NCBI GenBank assembly: GCA_013265495.1
Contig: MU060561.1
Span: 186,001-250,000, forward strand
From: Vicugna vicugna
Lineage: Eukaryota
Direction of reading: 5' to 3'
Length of the DNA: 64,000 nt
The notes below the pieces were generated by a model, which did not search any database, was not told the DNA's origin, and saw nothing but the letters and a program-made list of their open reading frames with translations. The first letter of the stretch is position 1, and each line of letters starts with the position of its first letter. This document shows positions 1 to 13,960 of this stretch, one piece after another. Position numbers and translations under genes: made by a program.

Positions 1-718
1 GAAGGCCTTAGATGCCACTTGGCAGTCAGTGTTCTCAGCATCTTCCAGCAACCCAGAGGGAGAGGAAGAGGATGGATCCTTGGGGAGACCCCTCCCCTCT
101 CTGGACTCTCAGAACCTGGGTGAAGCAGCTGGGATCCCGGGCAAGGCTCCAGTGGACTGGGGTCACCCTATACAGTGTTCCTGCTTCTCGCCTACTGTGG
201 TTCCCCAGCCTACTTCCCTGGCACCAGACGTGGAGAAAAGGCTCACGTGCCTCTGGGGCAGTCTCTTCCCGAGGGCCCAGATGTGTCTGACAATGTGACC
301 TCACATGTGGTCTAGTGCCTTGGGTCAGCCTTCAGCTTTCCCTTCCATTTCTCACCTCCCCTAACCCCAAAACTCCCTATGGCCAAGACACCCAGACAGG
401 GCCCCGCAGAGCTCTGCTCTGAGTGCAATGGAGGGGATGAAATGGGGTGACCCAGCCTGGGGGTTATTTGGCATTTTTAATCCTTTGGGATGGGCCAAGC
501 CTCCCAGTGGCTTTACAGGATTATACCAATTCCTTCCATGAGGCTGCCCTGCTCAGAAAAGAAATGCACCCATTTCATTTAGAGAGGTGGCCTCATTTCT
601 TCGGGTGACACTGGGCCTGATTTCTTCCAGCCCCTCTTTGAAGCGAATGGCTGTTGGAGTCCTGCTCTGTGCCTGATGTTGTGCTAAGACTTAACGTGCA
701 TTGTCTTCCTTACCATTC

Positions 719-810
719 ACATAATAAACATAATAGACATAATAAACGTATTACATAATAAACATAATAGGTGTATATTGTGTATGTTACGTAATAAATG
801 TAATAGGTGA
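719..810. repeat. Degenerate AT-rich tandem repeat (ACATAATAA-based) inside a MIR-like element
   Basis: acataataaacataatagacataataaacgtattacataataaacataatagg...acgtaataaatgtaatagg. Confidence 0.7.
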
Positions 811-1814
811 CAAAGCATTGTGACCATCCCCATTTTCTGAATCTCAGAAAGGAAATGTATCTCATTGAAGGTCATACAGCCAATAAGTGTCACACTTGAG
901 AGCTGACCCCAAGCCTGGCTGTCCTAGAGCTGTGTTCTCCACCAGTACACAAATGGTGGTACCCAGGGCACCCTGAGAAGCTCCATCAGTGGCCCACACA
1001 CCAAAGCCTCCCCAAATAAACATAGCACCTAAATGAAAGCAGTGTGCCCCCTGGCAATTCCGCTGACTCTCCAGAGCACAGCCCCTAAACCCCAAGCCCT
1101 AACCACGAAGAAATTCTGGAGGCACCACTCAGGCCATCAATGTCAGGATGCCCCGCAAGATAGAACTTCCCAGTTCTCTGGATCTCTGAGGCCCAAACGT
1201 TCTCCACTGATCCATTGCCTCCCCAGGCGGGTATATGCCAAGGAGTGAACAAAAGCTCCTTTCATGGTGACCTGCCCCTTGCCCTTACCATGCCCTGCTT
1301 CCCTCCTCAGCAGCCTAGGAGTCCCAACTTGTTCCTGAGTCTGCCTCAAGGACTCGTTTCACCCATCGGCCTCCTCACCCTCCAGGCCTCCCCAGAAGGG
1401 GCAGCTCCACCATTCAGAGCTGGGGAGACACTCAATGGCTCTCTATGCCTTGCAGCCAGAATGTCACGACCTATCTAGCCTCTTGGGCAACCTCCAGCTG
1501 CCAGCTGACCTGGGCATCCCTGAGGGCTGGGGCCTCTTACTCTGGCACCAGCCATGGCCTCCTGAAGGTTGGCACACTGCCCTCAGCAGATAACAATAAC
1601 ACGTTATGGTCTGCAAGACCTCAGACAGAACATGGCTCCAGTGTTCTGAGTCTGGAAAATGATCTCACGTTAACCCTGTGAACCAAGGTTATTGCCAGTC
1701 CCTTGGTGAAGCGTGGCCTTCTTTTGCTCAAGAACATGAAGTAGCTTCTCATTGGCCTTAAACTCACCTATGCGTTCTTCTGAATGCCCTTCCCTCAGCA
1801 TCCCTCCTACCATC

Positions 1815-2285
1815 TGTGGTGGACAGAACAATGGCCCCCAAAGATGTCCCCACCCTGATCCCCAGAACCAGTGAATACATACTCTACAGGAAAAAGGGAA
1901 ATTAAGGCTGCAGAAGGAATGAAGATTGTTAACCAGCTGACCTTAAAATTGGGACATTACCCTAGATTATCTATCTAAGTGGGTTCAATGTAATCCCAAG
2001 GGCCCTTAAATGTGGAAGAGGGGAAGTTAGGGCGATATCACCTAAGAAGAACCTGACTACCATTGCTGATTCTGAAGAAGGGAGGAAAGAGGCTGTGAGC
2101 CAAGGAATGTGGGCACCTCTAGAAAATGGAAAAGACAAAGAAACAGATTCTCCCTTAGAACCTCCAGAAGACACGCAGCCCTGCCCACACTCTGCTGCTC
2201 ATTTCAGTCCTTCATCTCCAGAACTATGAGTTAATAAATTTGTGGTTTTGGTAGTTTGTGAGAACAGCAACAGGAAATAAATACA
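1815..2285 (+). mobile_element. MaLR solo LTR (MLT1E-like)
   Basis: Starts TGTGGTggacagaacaatggcccccaaagatgtcc, has internal attaaggctgcagaaggaatgaagattgttaaccagctgaccttaaaat, ends ...caacaggaaataaatACA. Flanked by a CATC direct repeat. Confidence 0.8.
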
Positions 2286-5200
2286 CATCACTCTCCAGAT
2301 TCTGTTTTGACCAAGGAAGGGAATCTACTCTTTATCCTCTCCATCCAGGTTACCCTTTCCCAACTTTAAGATCTCTTCCCTGCCCTCCCCACCCAGCCCT
2401 GCCTGCCCACTCCTCTTGCTGAATTTTGTTCCTCACAGCTTCCCTCCAAAATCCGTCCACTGCCCAGGCTCTCCTGTTACTTCATTTACTTGTCCAATCC
2501 ACAAGTTGTACCACCAGGCAATGGACTGGGTCTATGGGACAATAGCTAACAGGCTAGTCACCATCTACTGGGGGTCCTTTGCTGGATGCGTGCTTTTCCG
2601 CCCCAGGGTCTGTGTGCATTTTGTCCACTGGTCTCAGTTTGGAGTTCAGTGTGCATTGGGTCCCCAAGCCCACCTTCCTCAGTACCTACTTTCCCTCCAA
2701 CCCCTCCACATCCCCTTGCCCAGGGCTCAGCAGGGGCAGTGCCTGGTGCAGACTGATGCGTGTGGGTCTCACAGCTGAGGGTGGGAAGAACTTGATTGGA
2801 ATAGACCCATCCTTTGCTTGCTATTTGATGAGAGTGAGCCAGTAAGCCATGCCTGCTCCACCGAGGGGCTTGGTGAAGAATACTCCATCTCACCAGGCTC
2901 TGTCCTGTCTTTTTGAGACTATTGGTCTCTCAGCAACTCAAGTGGCCCACTTCCTGGCCAGTTAACCTTCCCCATTGCTGCCTTTGTCCACCTTGGTCTC
3001 TCCCTCCATCCCCTGCCACCTGTAGGTCTCCACACTGGTGAGGCCAAGAAAGGCAAGATAGCAGACTGTCAGGAAGAGTCTCTACCAGCTGATAAAAATG
3101 GATCTGCCCCCGAAGATGACACCACCATCAGTGTCTCCCTGAAGACACTGGCCTGGTGAAAAATGCTGGCCTTTCCCCATGGTCCAGCTGCTTGAGAGGC
3201 AGGCTGTGGACACTCTTTCCCCAGACAGTTCCCAGAGGGCTTTCCCCAGGTGGTATGGGCTCTGTCCATCTGCCCAAAGCCTCACAGCCTTCCTGGTTAG
3301 TGAAGACAGAGAGTGCCTTTGTGTTAGAATTTGGACAGAGATCTAGTCTTGGAGGAGAACGGGGGTTTGCCCGATAGGTCTGTCTCATATGAACTCAGCT
3401 GGGAGCCCAAGTGTAAGACAGCCCTTCCCCTGAAAATAGCTCCAGGCTGCTTGGGAATTCTGCCCTCCCCTTGACCTACACCCTCGTGAGGATTCCCACA
3501 ACCTCTGCCCGCCTCCCCCATCCCTGCGGGGGACTGAGCAGCTGGGTTATGGCTCCTCCCAGGTGAAGGCAGCCCCACTGGAAGTAGAAGGAGCAGAGAA
3601 GGCTCTGTCTTGAGTTGGCTGCGTGTGGAAGCCGACCCAGCACGGACATTCCAACACCCAAGCATCGGGTTCACGTTCCCAAATTGGGCCTCACCTGGTG
3701 AGTCAGCTGGGTAGGCACCTCCGAAAGCCTGCAGCACCATCAATTAGCTGCCTCAGTCTGGTACCCGATTCCAGCTGGGCCTCAGGCTGGATGGCAGATT
3801 GGCCACGTTCTTCAATCTGATGTGCGCAGATCCAGGCTGTGGTTGTTTTCCGTGGACAGGAATCCTGGCGTGGCTGAGGCAGGGTCTGCCTTCAAAAATC
3901 TCCTGAGGGCTGAGGAGGGAACCCCTTCTATCAGGTTTGACAGCAACCAGAACTGGCCTGCAACCGGCCTGTCAAGCATCTCCCCTCAGGCCCCTGGGAA
4001 CAACAGCCAGAAGCTACCTGACCGACTCTGTCCTCCGCCTGCCCCTGAGAACCTTGGTGGTCTCCCTCCCACCTTCCCTTGTTGGAAGGTCACACTGTAC
4101 TTGCCTGGAGGGACCAGAGAGGGCGCCCTTTCCCAGCCCCACTGGGGGTCAGTGAGGGGACACCTGTCCCCAGACCTACAGGCCCATTTCAGACAGGTCT
4201 CATTAGAAGAGAGTTCTTCCTCATCGTGAGCGGAAATCGGCCTCCCTCCAACTTCCGGTTCTGCTCTGTGGAGCTACACAGAAGATCAATTTCACTTTCC
4301 CTTTGGCAAATTTTTTTATTTTGGGGGACATTTCTTAATCACTCTTCCCTCTCTGACTCAGAGGACACTGACTCCCGGGGGGAATAATCTGGTTATATCC
4401 CAAGCTGTCTACACTGCGGTAGCTTGCAGGGCCCTGCACTTCTCACAGCCTTGGGAGCTGACTGTAGCCCCCATGGCCAACCCAACCCTGGGCTAGGATT
4501 TCTGGCCTCTCCAGCCACCTGTTGGCTCCTCTCTAATAATTTATATATGACTTCTTAAACATTTCCCAAACTATAGTCATTCAAGCGACCATCAGGATTT
4601 TGCCCATCTCCAAACCACCTGCATTGTTATTTCCTTTTAATACTTTTTCTTTACTGGTTTGCTTGTTTACCTAGCATATTTATATTATAAGGCAACTTTG
4701 TTAACTACTGAATGACATCTCTTCTAATACATATCAAAATAAGGCCAGGACTACAAAACAGCCTGAAATGATTCTGTGTGCCCGCGACACTAGCTGTCTC
4801 TGCTTTGGAAGCGCAGCCTTAACACATCATGTATTCCAGGGTCCCTCCCCACTCACCTCATCCCCCTCCTCCAGCCTCTGCCCCAGACTCCTCCCTAACA
4901 TGCCTGTGGTTTCCTCCTTCCAAGGGCCTCAGGAGCAGGAATAGACCCTCCCCTCTGTTTCCTGGCTCCCTGAGTCCGTCCTACAGCCATAAAGCTAGGC
5001 CTTGCTCTCTGCTCTTAGGATTCATCTCCTGTCGAGCAGTGAGTGACCCTCCCTCTGTGGCACTTAGGAGAGACGGGGCAGAGGCAATGCCTGGGCCACT
5101 TCACGTTTTCAGAACATCCAGCTGTGATGCCAACAGGTACAGCTGACCCAGAGTCAGGGAGGTGGAGAGTCCATTCTGTAATTACACCATAGAGTGTCTG

Positions 5201-7194
5201 GAAACCACAAATGAGCACTTAGAAAGCCAAATTACAGCCCTTAGAGGGCGAGAAGGTGAGTGTAGCTAGTGGGAGCTTCTGACCAGGCAGTCAAAACAAC
5301 CAAGGCTTGGGCAGTTCGGCCCACATAAGTTTCAGGGAGGTGGAGGGGTGGTGGCTGAGGGGCCCAAGCCCGCCCTACCTGAGACAAGTAACACCCACTA
5401 GAGATGCTGAGAAGCACCCTCGATGGCCTCAGGCAGGACCCAGGAGAAATTCCTGAAAAGTTTCTCACCCCGAGGGATTTGCCCCCTCCCCAGAGCACCA
5501 GGCTCACGACCATAACACTGGCCACCTACTAAGGACAGCCCTGACACCTGGACATTCTGGCCCTTGCGTGGCCTTGACCTTGTCTGGCTGTCCCACCCAG
5601 TCCACAGTGCTGGCTCTAGCCTCACCCTTGGCCCTCCCAGACCTGTATCATTGGTCCCACACAGAGTCTGCAGTTTCTCTGGAACATCTCTCCCAATACC
5701 AATGATTCAGACTTGGTTCCTGAAGACAGAGCCAGATCCTGGAGCAGACACGATGGGGACAGTGAATTTCCTGTCCCCTCTCCCGCACACTGCTCCCCAG
5801 CAGGGTAGGAGAGTGTGGAGGCCGCTTCTGCCTGGTGACCCTAAGCACGTCTCGTAGTCTCTCTGGCCCTAGGCTTCCTCATTCATATAAAATGGGGGTG
5901 CCAGTGGAGTTGCTGAGGATGATTTACTATGGAAACATCCTTAAAGAGCCTCGCCTGTGGCCTGACACCCAGGAAGCCCTCAAAAGACAATAGCTATGAT
6001 CATTTTTCTATCTTCAAAGGTTCTCTCAGTATTAATTTCCCATCTCCTTGACGGGCTCAGCACCGCCCCTTGGCCTTCTTCATCCTCCTGTCCTTTGACA
6101 CCCTGGGCTTAGCCTAGGTGCCTGGTTCGCCTCCAGTCAGTGTCCTGAGTGTGGGTCCTGTGTCCAGGAGCACCTTATACTTGGTCTTTAATGGGCCCTG
6201 CTCCCCACAGAGTAAGGAGTCTGTGGGGCCACAGGGACAAGCTCCGCCATCTGTAGCCAGACTCCCCTTCTAGACCAGCTTAAGTAACTAAGACTCCAGA
6301 ACTCCTGCCCAGTAGCCCCAGCCCACATCCAGGCCTGTGCACGCCTCTTTGCAGGGCATCCTTGTAACACAGACTGCCTTGCAGGTGGGCAATCTTTCAG
6401 GCTGCTTGCGGGTTATGGTTGGAGCTTGGAAGTGTAGACTGGGGCTTATGTGAGGTCTTTGCAGTGAGGACAGTGAGGTCTTTCCAGCCAGGGCTGGAAA
6501 GAGAACAGGGCAGGCGGCAGGTGGGAGCTGGGAGTGCTCTCTGCTGCCACATTCTGACCTGGAACTCTGCGGAGTCAAGAATGTTCCATTTGAGCCTGAC
6601 CTGCTGGTCTGTGTGTTGGGGACTCAAAGCCTGCACATCTCTCAGTAGGAACAAGATCATCTCCACCAGCTCCTGGGCCACCAGCATAGGGACATTTTGG
6701 AAGCGGAAGATTTGGCTCAGTGTGTGGATGGGATCAGGGCTACCTGGGTGCCTGGGAACTACCTGGGGCTCTCAAGAGAACTCCAGACTGTACTCTGCCT
6801 GACACTTCAGGTCCCTGGCTAAGGGTTGGGATGCACAGGGAAGCTGCTGGCGTCTCCGCAGTGGCAACAGCAAAGCCGAGGTGTCCAAATACCCAGTTCC
6901 TCTCAGAGGCTAATATGAGCTAATTATCTTGTCAGATGTTTTCACTGTTTTTCCTTAGGCATTTCCTAGTATTCTCCCCACGTTCCGTGCCCTTTTCTGG
7001 GGATGCCTTTTTGAGAGTCTTGGACCCAAGCATCTTTATATAAAGTGAAAGATTTTAGGTTTATTTTCATCAGTGATTATCCTAGATCCAAACATCTAGA
7101 AATAAGTTGCCAAGTGGGATAATTATATATGTGTGTGAGCTTGGACATGAATGCATAGATTACACATATCCTTATCTATGTCACAGGGATCTGA

Positions 7195-7260
7195 TTTCCC
7201 ACCTGCTAGCTGTGTGACCTTGGGCAAGTTACTTAACCTCTCTAAGCCTCAGGTACCTCT
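7195..7260 (+). mobile_element. MIR SINE core
   Basis: ctagctgtgtgaccttgggcaagttacttaacctctctaagcctcag is a near-consensus MIR core. Confidence 0.8.
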
Positions 7261-7764
7261 AGTATCTTGCTAGATAAAACTAAAACTCTGGTACTTACCT
7301 TCTTTGCTCTCCCTTCCTTATACTGTAGGATAAGGGCACCTAGGAGTCCCTTTTTTCATGTCTTTATGCACTGAGAAAGCCACTTTTTAAAGGCTACTTC
7401 AAATATCACTGCAGCTAGGAAGCTATCACCCCAACTCATCCTGTGAGAAGCACCTGGAGAGCTGGAAGGGGATCTGGCCATTCACTGAGCTCAGCCCTCT
7501 GATTTAAGAGACAAGGAAACTGAGGGCAAAATGAGGAAGGTACCTCAAGAGAGAGACAAATGGCCCTTAACTTCTCCACCTCTGGGTCCACAACCACCAG
7601 GGCACCATTAGAGCTTGCACATATCGTCTCTGTAGGTCTCTGTACCTCCCTTAGGTCACAAGACCTCTGAGGCTGGAATCATACTGTGTTCATTCTAGTC
7701 CCCATCCCCACCCCCGCCCGGCACCAGATCTCCAGCACAGCCCTGTGCCAGATGGGACCTCAAT

Positions 7765-8030
7765 GTATTATACATATATGCACACACACGTGTATTACTA
7801 TAAAGCATTGGCTCATGTGATTAGGGGGACTGAGAAGTTTCAAGATCTGCAGTTGCCAAGCTGGAGACCCAGATGAGCCAGTGGTGTAGTTCCAGTCTGT
7901 GTTTGAAGGCTGGAGAACTAAACGAAGCAATGGTATAAATTCCAGTTCTAGGGAGAAGACCGATGTCCCAGCTCACATAGTCAAGCTGGCAAATTTCCTT
8001 CTTACTCAGCATTTTTGTTCTATTTGCATA
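7765..8030 (+). mobile_element. ERVL LTR fragment (MLT2-like)
   Basis: cattggctcatgtgatt...gactgagaagtttcaagatctgcagttgccaagctggagacccag...gaagaccgatgtcccagctc matches the MLT2 pattern as I recall it. Confidence 0.75.
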
Positions 8031-9234
8031 TTGTACCTGACCTTACATCAATCAATAAAAGAGTATTGTATATTTTATTATTATTTGTAAATTGTGTGCT
8101 ACACAGCTTTTATATCAGTTAAACATGATGTACGTGTGTACATATGCACATACATGCATGTGTGTATCTGGATATTTATGTATACACACTTTTTTCAAAA
8201 AGCTATATAGACATTTACCAGCACACCACTGTCTACGACCCTCCTGCACCAGGTCCTGCCCTTTGTGTCACTCGCTGCCCCTCCCCATCCTTCACTTTGT
8301 AAATAAGTAGTTCTCAGCCATGGGACCCTTCTCCAGACCCCGCTTTGTTCCACTCAGGATGCCTCTTTTCAGCCTACTCTCCTCTGGCCCATCCTGGCTC
8401 ACACCCCAGTTTCCCGACACCAGCTCTGAATAGTTAGTCACGGTGCCACGGAGATTCTGTTCCCGGCCTTGGTGCTTAGCCCAAGCCCTGCCTGCCTGCT
8501 CTTGCCCTGAGACCCTCACAGCTGGAAGTCAGCGTTGGCAGTGACTCCTGACACACCTGGCCCTCGGGGATGAAAGGTGGCAGTTCCCAGACCTGTCTCA
8601 GAAAAAAGAGAAAAAGAAAGGAAAAGAGCAAGGCAGAGGGGTGGCTGAGTCGCAGAGAGGAGCGGTGCGGGTGAGTGGTGTTCGGAGCGCTGGGGACACG
8701 GCTCTGCAGGCGTCTTCTTCCCACCATCATTGACAACGGAGCTCGCCTTGGGACAGTTCTGTCCTGAAATCCGCAGAGGAAAACACTGCACCTCCCAGGC
8801 TGTGCCCACCAGGGATCCCAGAGGAAAAGACATCCACCGAGACTACTAACGAATAGGCCAAGGGGCCCTTGAGGGTAAAGTAGCAACTCCTGCTTAAAGT
8901 AAACCACAAACGCGGCAGCATATACGCGTCAGGAGCCAGGCAGGGTTTTAGGAGGAGATTCCGTGGGTTTGGTTCGGGGAAAAGTCCAGGGGCAAAAGCT
9001 CCATTCTGATGCGGAGAAACTGAGAAGGAAGCCATGGTTTCTGAAGACCTTGGCTAGTTCTCCAGGAGAGGCAGTTTCAGAAACGTGGGCTCAAATACAT
9101 CGGTCTAGGGGACAAGGCCAAGAGAGGAGGGGACAAGCACTCCTGCTGCTAGGAAATCAAATTGGGATCAGAGTCCCAGTGCACCCCTAAAAATTACCCG
9201 TGGTTTCCTGGCTATCACCGTCTCTAATAGAAAC

Positions 9235-9375
9235 AGTAAGAATAATAATAGTTAACAGTTATCATGGGCCCAGCATTTTATGTCTCAGTCACAACAATGT
9301 CAGGAGATGGTTATTATGATTCCGGTTTTTGCTGAAAAGAAAGCAGACACAGGGGATGATGCACTTGCTAAGAGC
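9235..9375 (-). mobile_element. MIR SINE
   Basis: aataataatagttaac...ttattatgattccggtttttgctgaaaagaaagcagacacagggga resembles an antisense MIR. Confidence 0.55.
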
Positions 9376-11987
9376 GAAGCCCCCAGGGCGGAGTCTGGGA
9401 CCAGCGCCCGCGCCCCGGGCCCTGCAGCACCACCTCTGCAGGATCACCATCATCATCTCTCCTTTATCCCTCAGCTCAGGCTGTTTTCCCACAGGCTCCC
9501 CCTTTGTTGTTCCTTTTGATGATTTTCTCAATGTCGTGTAGTTGACAGAGTGGCTTTATTCTCATTGTTTGGATGAGGACCTGAGAAAGGAAGCAGTTGT
9601 GCCACACATGCCGAGGCAGGGCCTGCTCTGGGACCAGCTTTCTTTGGTCTGGAGCTAAGGGAGAAAAGTCAGTGCCATGCTGTATATTTCTCGGGGGGCT
9701 GACTTCATTTAACCTCAAGGACTGGACTTGTTCTGAGAGCGTGTCCTTCCTCCTATTAAATTGGTCCTTTCTTTTATGAAATGATGAAGGCAGGAGATGG
9801 TCACTGTTGTCTGTTTTATGTCCCATTTTGGCAACAGAAGAGGCTGGCAGCCCTAGCATCTGATTTGAAACGCTGCTTGGTCGTGGACCCTGGGCCTGGC
9901 ACATCCTGGCTTGCTCGGCGCTGCCTCACCACACACTTCCTCTGGGCAGGGGTGGGGGAATTAACCAAGTGCACCTAAGCTGCTGAGAAAATACGGGTAG
10001 GGCTCAGCCTCCTTCAGCCCTGACTATGGAGAAAGGGGCGTCAGAGAGATGCCTGGGCCCTCCTGCCAGCTGAGGAAGGAACACCCCAGTCTTTCTGGCT
10101 TCAGAGAATGCACTGTCCCCACCAACTCTCATTTTCAAACCTGCCTCAGCCTGCATGGGCCCCCTTTGCCTGACAGTCTATTTGCTTACTCGAGGTGGGG
10201 AGGTGGGGGACCGAACAGGAATCTTCCCACCATCCATCCTTGTCCCAGCCATCCCTCGGGCCATCAGAGCCATGATTCATCCACCTTTTATTTGTCTTGA
10301 GGATTTTCTACGGCAACATTGAGGCCCCTCTTCCCTGGCTTGACTGGATTCCAAGACTATTCAAACAAGCAAACAAGCAAACAAAAAAAATCAGGACCCA
10401 GTGAGGAGAGTGAGTCTCCAGAGGATAAATATATTTTTTTAATTTCTTGTGATGAAAATAATCCTTGGATCATCTATGCTTCTGAATTAGCTGCTTTGTG
10501 GCCTGGTCTTCACTTTTGGATGACTTTTTCTTCCTCTTCTGCTAGCACTGACAGTGGACAGTGATCGGATTCAGTCTAGAATGGGGAGAACAGAAATAAT
10601 TAAGGCAGAGAAAGGGAAACACCTAGACTTGGAAACATCACCTCTCCTCAAGCTGGTGTTGGTAAACCCACAGCTGAATGAGGGAACCTAGAGATTTGGA
10701 CCAGCAGGGTCAGGCTACAGGACCCGAGAATCTTCAGCCCTGAGAGGCAGCTGGTGGGTGAGGCAGACAAGAAATAGTCCTCATTGCTGGGCAAGGTAAC
10801 GCATACGTGGTAAGGAGTCAGAGTCCAGTGTGGCTGGGGTGGGGGTGGGGGGTCAGACATGAAGCAGAACTTTTCTAAGGACAGGCTGTGAGACATGAGG
10901 ACTCGAGCCTCCGCAGAAGGTGCTCAGTAAAAGTGGAGGTGCCTTTGTCAGGGGTGATTGCAGAGGTGGTGGCCGTCTTCTGCTGGATGGACTGGCCATC
11001 ATGCCGATGTCTGGACAAAGGACAGTGCCCAGAAAAGCCAACTTGCATGGCCGGGCCGTCTCCTTCATGCATCTCCAGATCCTTCTAGCTGGTCTAGGAT
11101 TTCATTTTGATGCTTCTGCTCACAGAGCCCTGCCAGCTTCTCCGGATAAACTGCCCACCCCAGTCTGCTTCAGCCCCATTCCCTCCAAAAGCACCCCCGC
11201 TCCGTTACACTTAGCCCACCTCCTCTCAGCCTCTCTCCTCAACCCCTCCTGCTCCTGCTCCAGGGCCAGCACCACCCCACTGCCCTGGCCCCCTCTAGCG
11301 CGGGAGACCAGGACTTCAAGAGGAGCTTGATAAAGGTACTGCCTTGATGACCTCTACCACTGAGGGGATGGGCTTCTATGATTGACAGGTGACAACAGGG
11401 CCATAGCCTCTGCAGGAAGCCTGCAGTTTGTAAAACTGAGACAGGTTACATGGCAACCAGGAAGTGACAAGGGAACCTAGCCCAGTGCCTAGGAACCCAG
11501 AGACATCAGGCTTCAGATGATGGAATATGATGAAAGTTCCAATAGGGAATGGGCAGGGAGCCCGCGGGATGTCAGGGTAGGGTGGGAACAAACACACAGC
11601 AGCTGGGTGGGCAGAGGCAGGTGGTTCCCACACCAGGAGGCGGGATGGTGATGTGGAAAGAGTGTGGGCTTTGGAGAGACAGTGCTCATGGAATCCTGGC
11701 TCCAAACACTGGCTCTGGCGCCCTGGATTTAGCATGTCTATCTCAGGAATAACAACACCTGCCTCAGAGAGAGGTTCCCAGCCCAGGGAGACTCGTCCAC
11801 AGTAGGAGCTCCAAGAACATCAATTTCCAGTCCCTCCCCTTGGAGCTCCACCTGGTACTCTGGGCCTGAAGTACAGGAAGGGGTCTGGGGGATGAGGCTT
11901 CACAGATGAAAAAAAGGAGCTGAGGTCAAGGTCAGGAGGTTTCAGCCCCTCAGCAGGATCTGCAGGTGCGGTGGGGGACCCGTTTTT

Positions 11988-12180
11988 ACTCTCCTTGCCC
12001 TCTAGAGATGTCCTGAGGGTGCCAACATCCCCGTCTACAGCCAGCCTGACTCCCAACAGCCCCTGATAGTCCGCCAGCTGGGCTGCTGCTGTGTCTGGCC
12101 TTTTTGCTGCAGGGGCTTCCAGCAGGGTGTCCCAAGGACCGGCTCCCATCAGTAGCCACAGTGGCAGCCTGCGGGGGTTG
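11988..12180 (-). pseudogene. Relic of keratin exon 7 (helix 2B and termination motif)
   Basis: Translates ...LLEAPAAKRPDTAAAQLADYQGLLGVRLAVDGDVGTLRTSLEGKES. The last 31 aa are 16/31 identical to [31 protein letters not shown] (KRT8-type consensus, from memory) and 12/31 to KRT71 in this window. The 5' part CAG GCT GCC ACT GTG GCT ACT GA resembles the QAAIADAE codons. About 30 nt shorter than the 221-nt exon and the donor GT is lost. Confidence 0.85.
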
Positions 12181-12916
12181 GGGGATGGGCAGTCCACCAG
12201 ATCTTGCTTAGTGCAAATGACGTGCCAGGTACAGGAGTATAAAGGTGAAGACAATTCAGTCCCCGTCACTCGTTTTGGGAGAGGTGATGAAAGGGATGAG
12301 TAAGGTGGGTAGGGGAGCAGAGACAAGGTCTCAGAAGGCAAGGGACACTTGCCAAGTATCATAGGCCTTCACTATCTGCATTTGAGGAAAGGAATACATT
12401 CCTCTCTCTCCTCTTCTCCCATAATCATGGCCAACCACAGCACCTCTACCCCTGAGATGGCCCCCAGCCCTGTTCTTGCCCCTCATGCCCACTCCAGGCT
12501 CCCTCTTGCACAAGCCATTCTATCCAGTGGAGCTTTCCAGCTGTTTCCAGGGCTGCCTTGGGCCAGTCTCCAGCCCAAGAGATGCTCCAGCATCTCCATC
12601 ACACTTGGTGATTGATCTGATATTTCAGTTCCTCTCTGCAGTCTCAGTGACTGGGTGTCAGGTGGGCCTCCCCTGCTCACCCCCTTCCCACTGTGGGAGC
12701 CCATTTAACGTGTCTTGGGCCCTGATCTGGCCCTTTAGTCAGAATGCGACACAGCTCCGTGCCCTGCAGCTTTCTTGGCTCCCACTCTGGGCTCAGCCTC
12801 TACGAGCGAGTGCATCTCACACTTTATTCCTCTGCACCAGTTATTCCTGTACCTGTACCCTTCCTGAGTGGCTCCTCCTGCCTGTAGGACCAGAAGCTTC
12901 CTGACTGCAGGGACTA

Positions 12917-13050
12917 TGACTTGCTTTCTCTTTCTCCTGCATCCACTCCACAGAGCATCACTTCGATGTGAGGAAGGCAGTAAATTGGGACAGATGTGGA
13001 GGCAGGACTTGAGGCTCATCACAATGCCCTTCCACCCCTGGGATCAGCTC
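12917..13050 (-). pseudogene. Possible relic of keratin exon 6
   Basis: GAG CTG ... GGG CAT TGT GAT GAG CCTC resembles EL...(R)HGDDL, and about 125 nt later AGA AAG CAA GTC resembles KKQ|GT. It sits between the exon 5 and exon 7 relics, but the similarity is weak. Confidence 0.3.
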
Positions 13051-13289
13051 CCTTCCTGCCCCTCACCCTCTGCTTATGCGCATGCCCCACCCCCACACCA
13101 TCGCTCAGCACATGGCCATGCCTTTTATTTGACACACAAAAAACTAGGCTCTTAGGTATGAGCTTTCTCAGCTCTCCATCCCCATGTCCCTTTAAGAGCT
13201 CATCCTGCCCTCTGTGGTCCCTAGATCCCATCGCTACTCCCTTATTCCAAGACCTTCCTATGTTGGCTGGAATTTGAACCTCTTTCTCC

Positions 13290-13960
13290 ACTGATCACGT
13301 TCCTGGAGACTCTAAATAACGCACTGTGTGCACTCATTACTCTCTACCTCCTGCCGCATCTCTCTTTTTCCCTTCATGGTCTAGTTGACTCTGACCCATC
13401 CCACTCCCATTTCAATAGGCCTTCTGCCCAACTCTTGCCGGAGCCCACTTGGGTGAGGTCCCCTCCCACCCTCATCATTAGACCCAAAGCCATCTTTTGG
13501 ATCTTGCCCTTTCTTGGCCTTTCTGCAGATTAGTCCCTCTTGATCCATTTCTTCACCCTAAGAATTTTTCCTTTCTTGATTCCCAAATGCCCTCTCCTGT
13601 TCTCCGACTCTCTCTCTGACTACTCCTCCCCAGTCTCCTTTCCCTTTGCCCCAGGGCTCTGTTCTAGACCCTGTAATGATCTCTCTGGGTGTGCCCTCTG
13701 GCCCCCAATTCTGATTGCCAAATCTGAATCCCAGCCCTGACCTTTCTTTTGAAAAAATCCAATAACTTACTGACCATCTCCCCTTGACAATACTACAGGC
13801 ACCTCCAACTCGGCTTCTCCAAGCCTGAACTCCACATCTTCCTTTCAGAACCCAATCCTCTTCCTATATTCCCTTTCCCTGTAAATGGTGTTACTGCCCA
13901 TCACCTAAGCTAGAAACCCCAGTGTCTTCCTGGACACTTATCCCTCAACTACCCACCGTC
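13290..13960 (+). mobile_element. L2 LINE fragment, inside the relic keratin gene
   Basis: acaggcacctccaactc...cctgaactccacatcttcc...aagctagaaaccccagtgtcttcctggacac resembles the L2 3' region. Confidence 0.6.

Noticed and set aside
11040-11085. Possible relic exon 8 (GATCTGGAGATGC ~ GATGTCTGGAGAATGC)
   Set aside because: The match is about 13 nt with two gaps and has no pyrimidine tract, so it is within chance.
11820-12362. 180-aa ORF as a novel protein-coding gene
   Set aside because: Only its middle is meaningful (the keratin exon 7 relic). The rest is low-complexity intronic-type sequence with no promoter or splice support.
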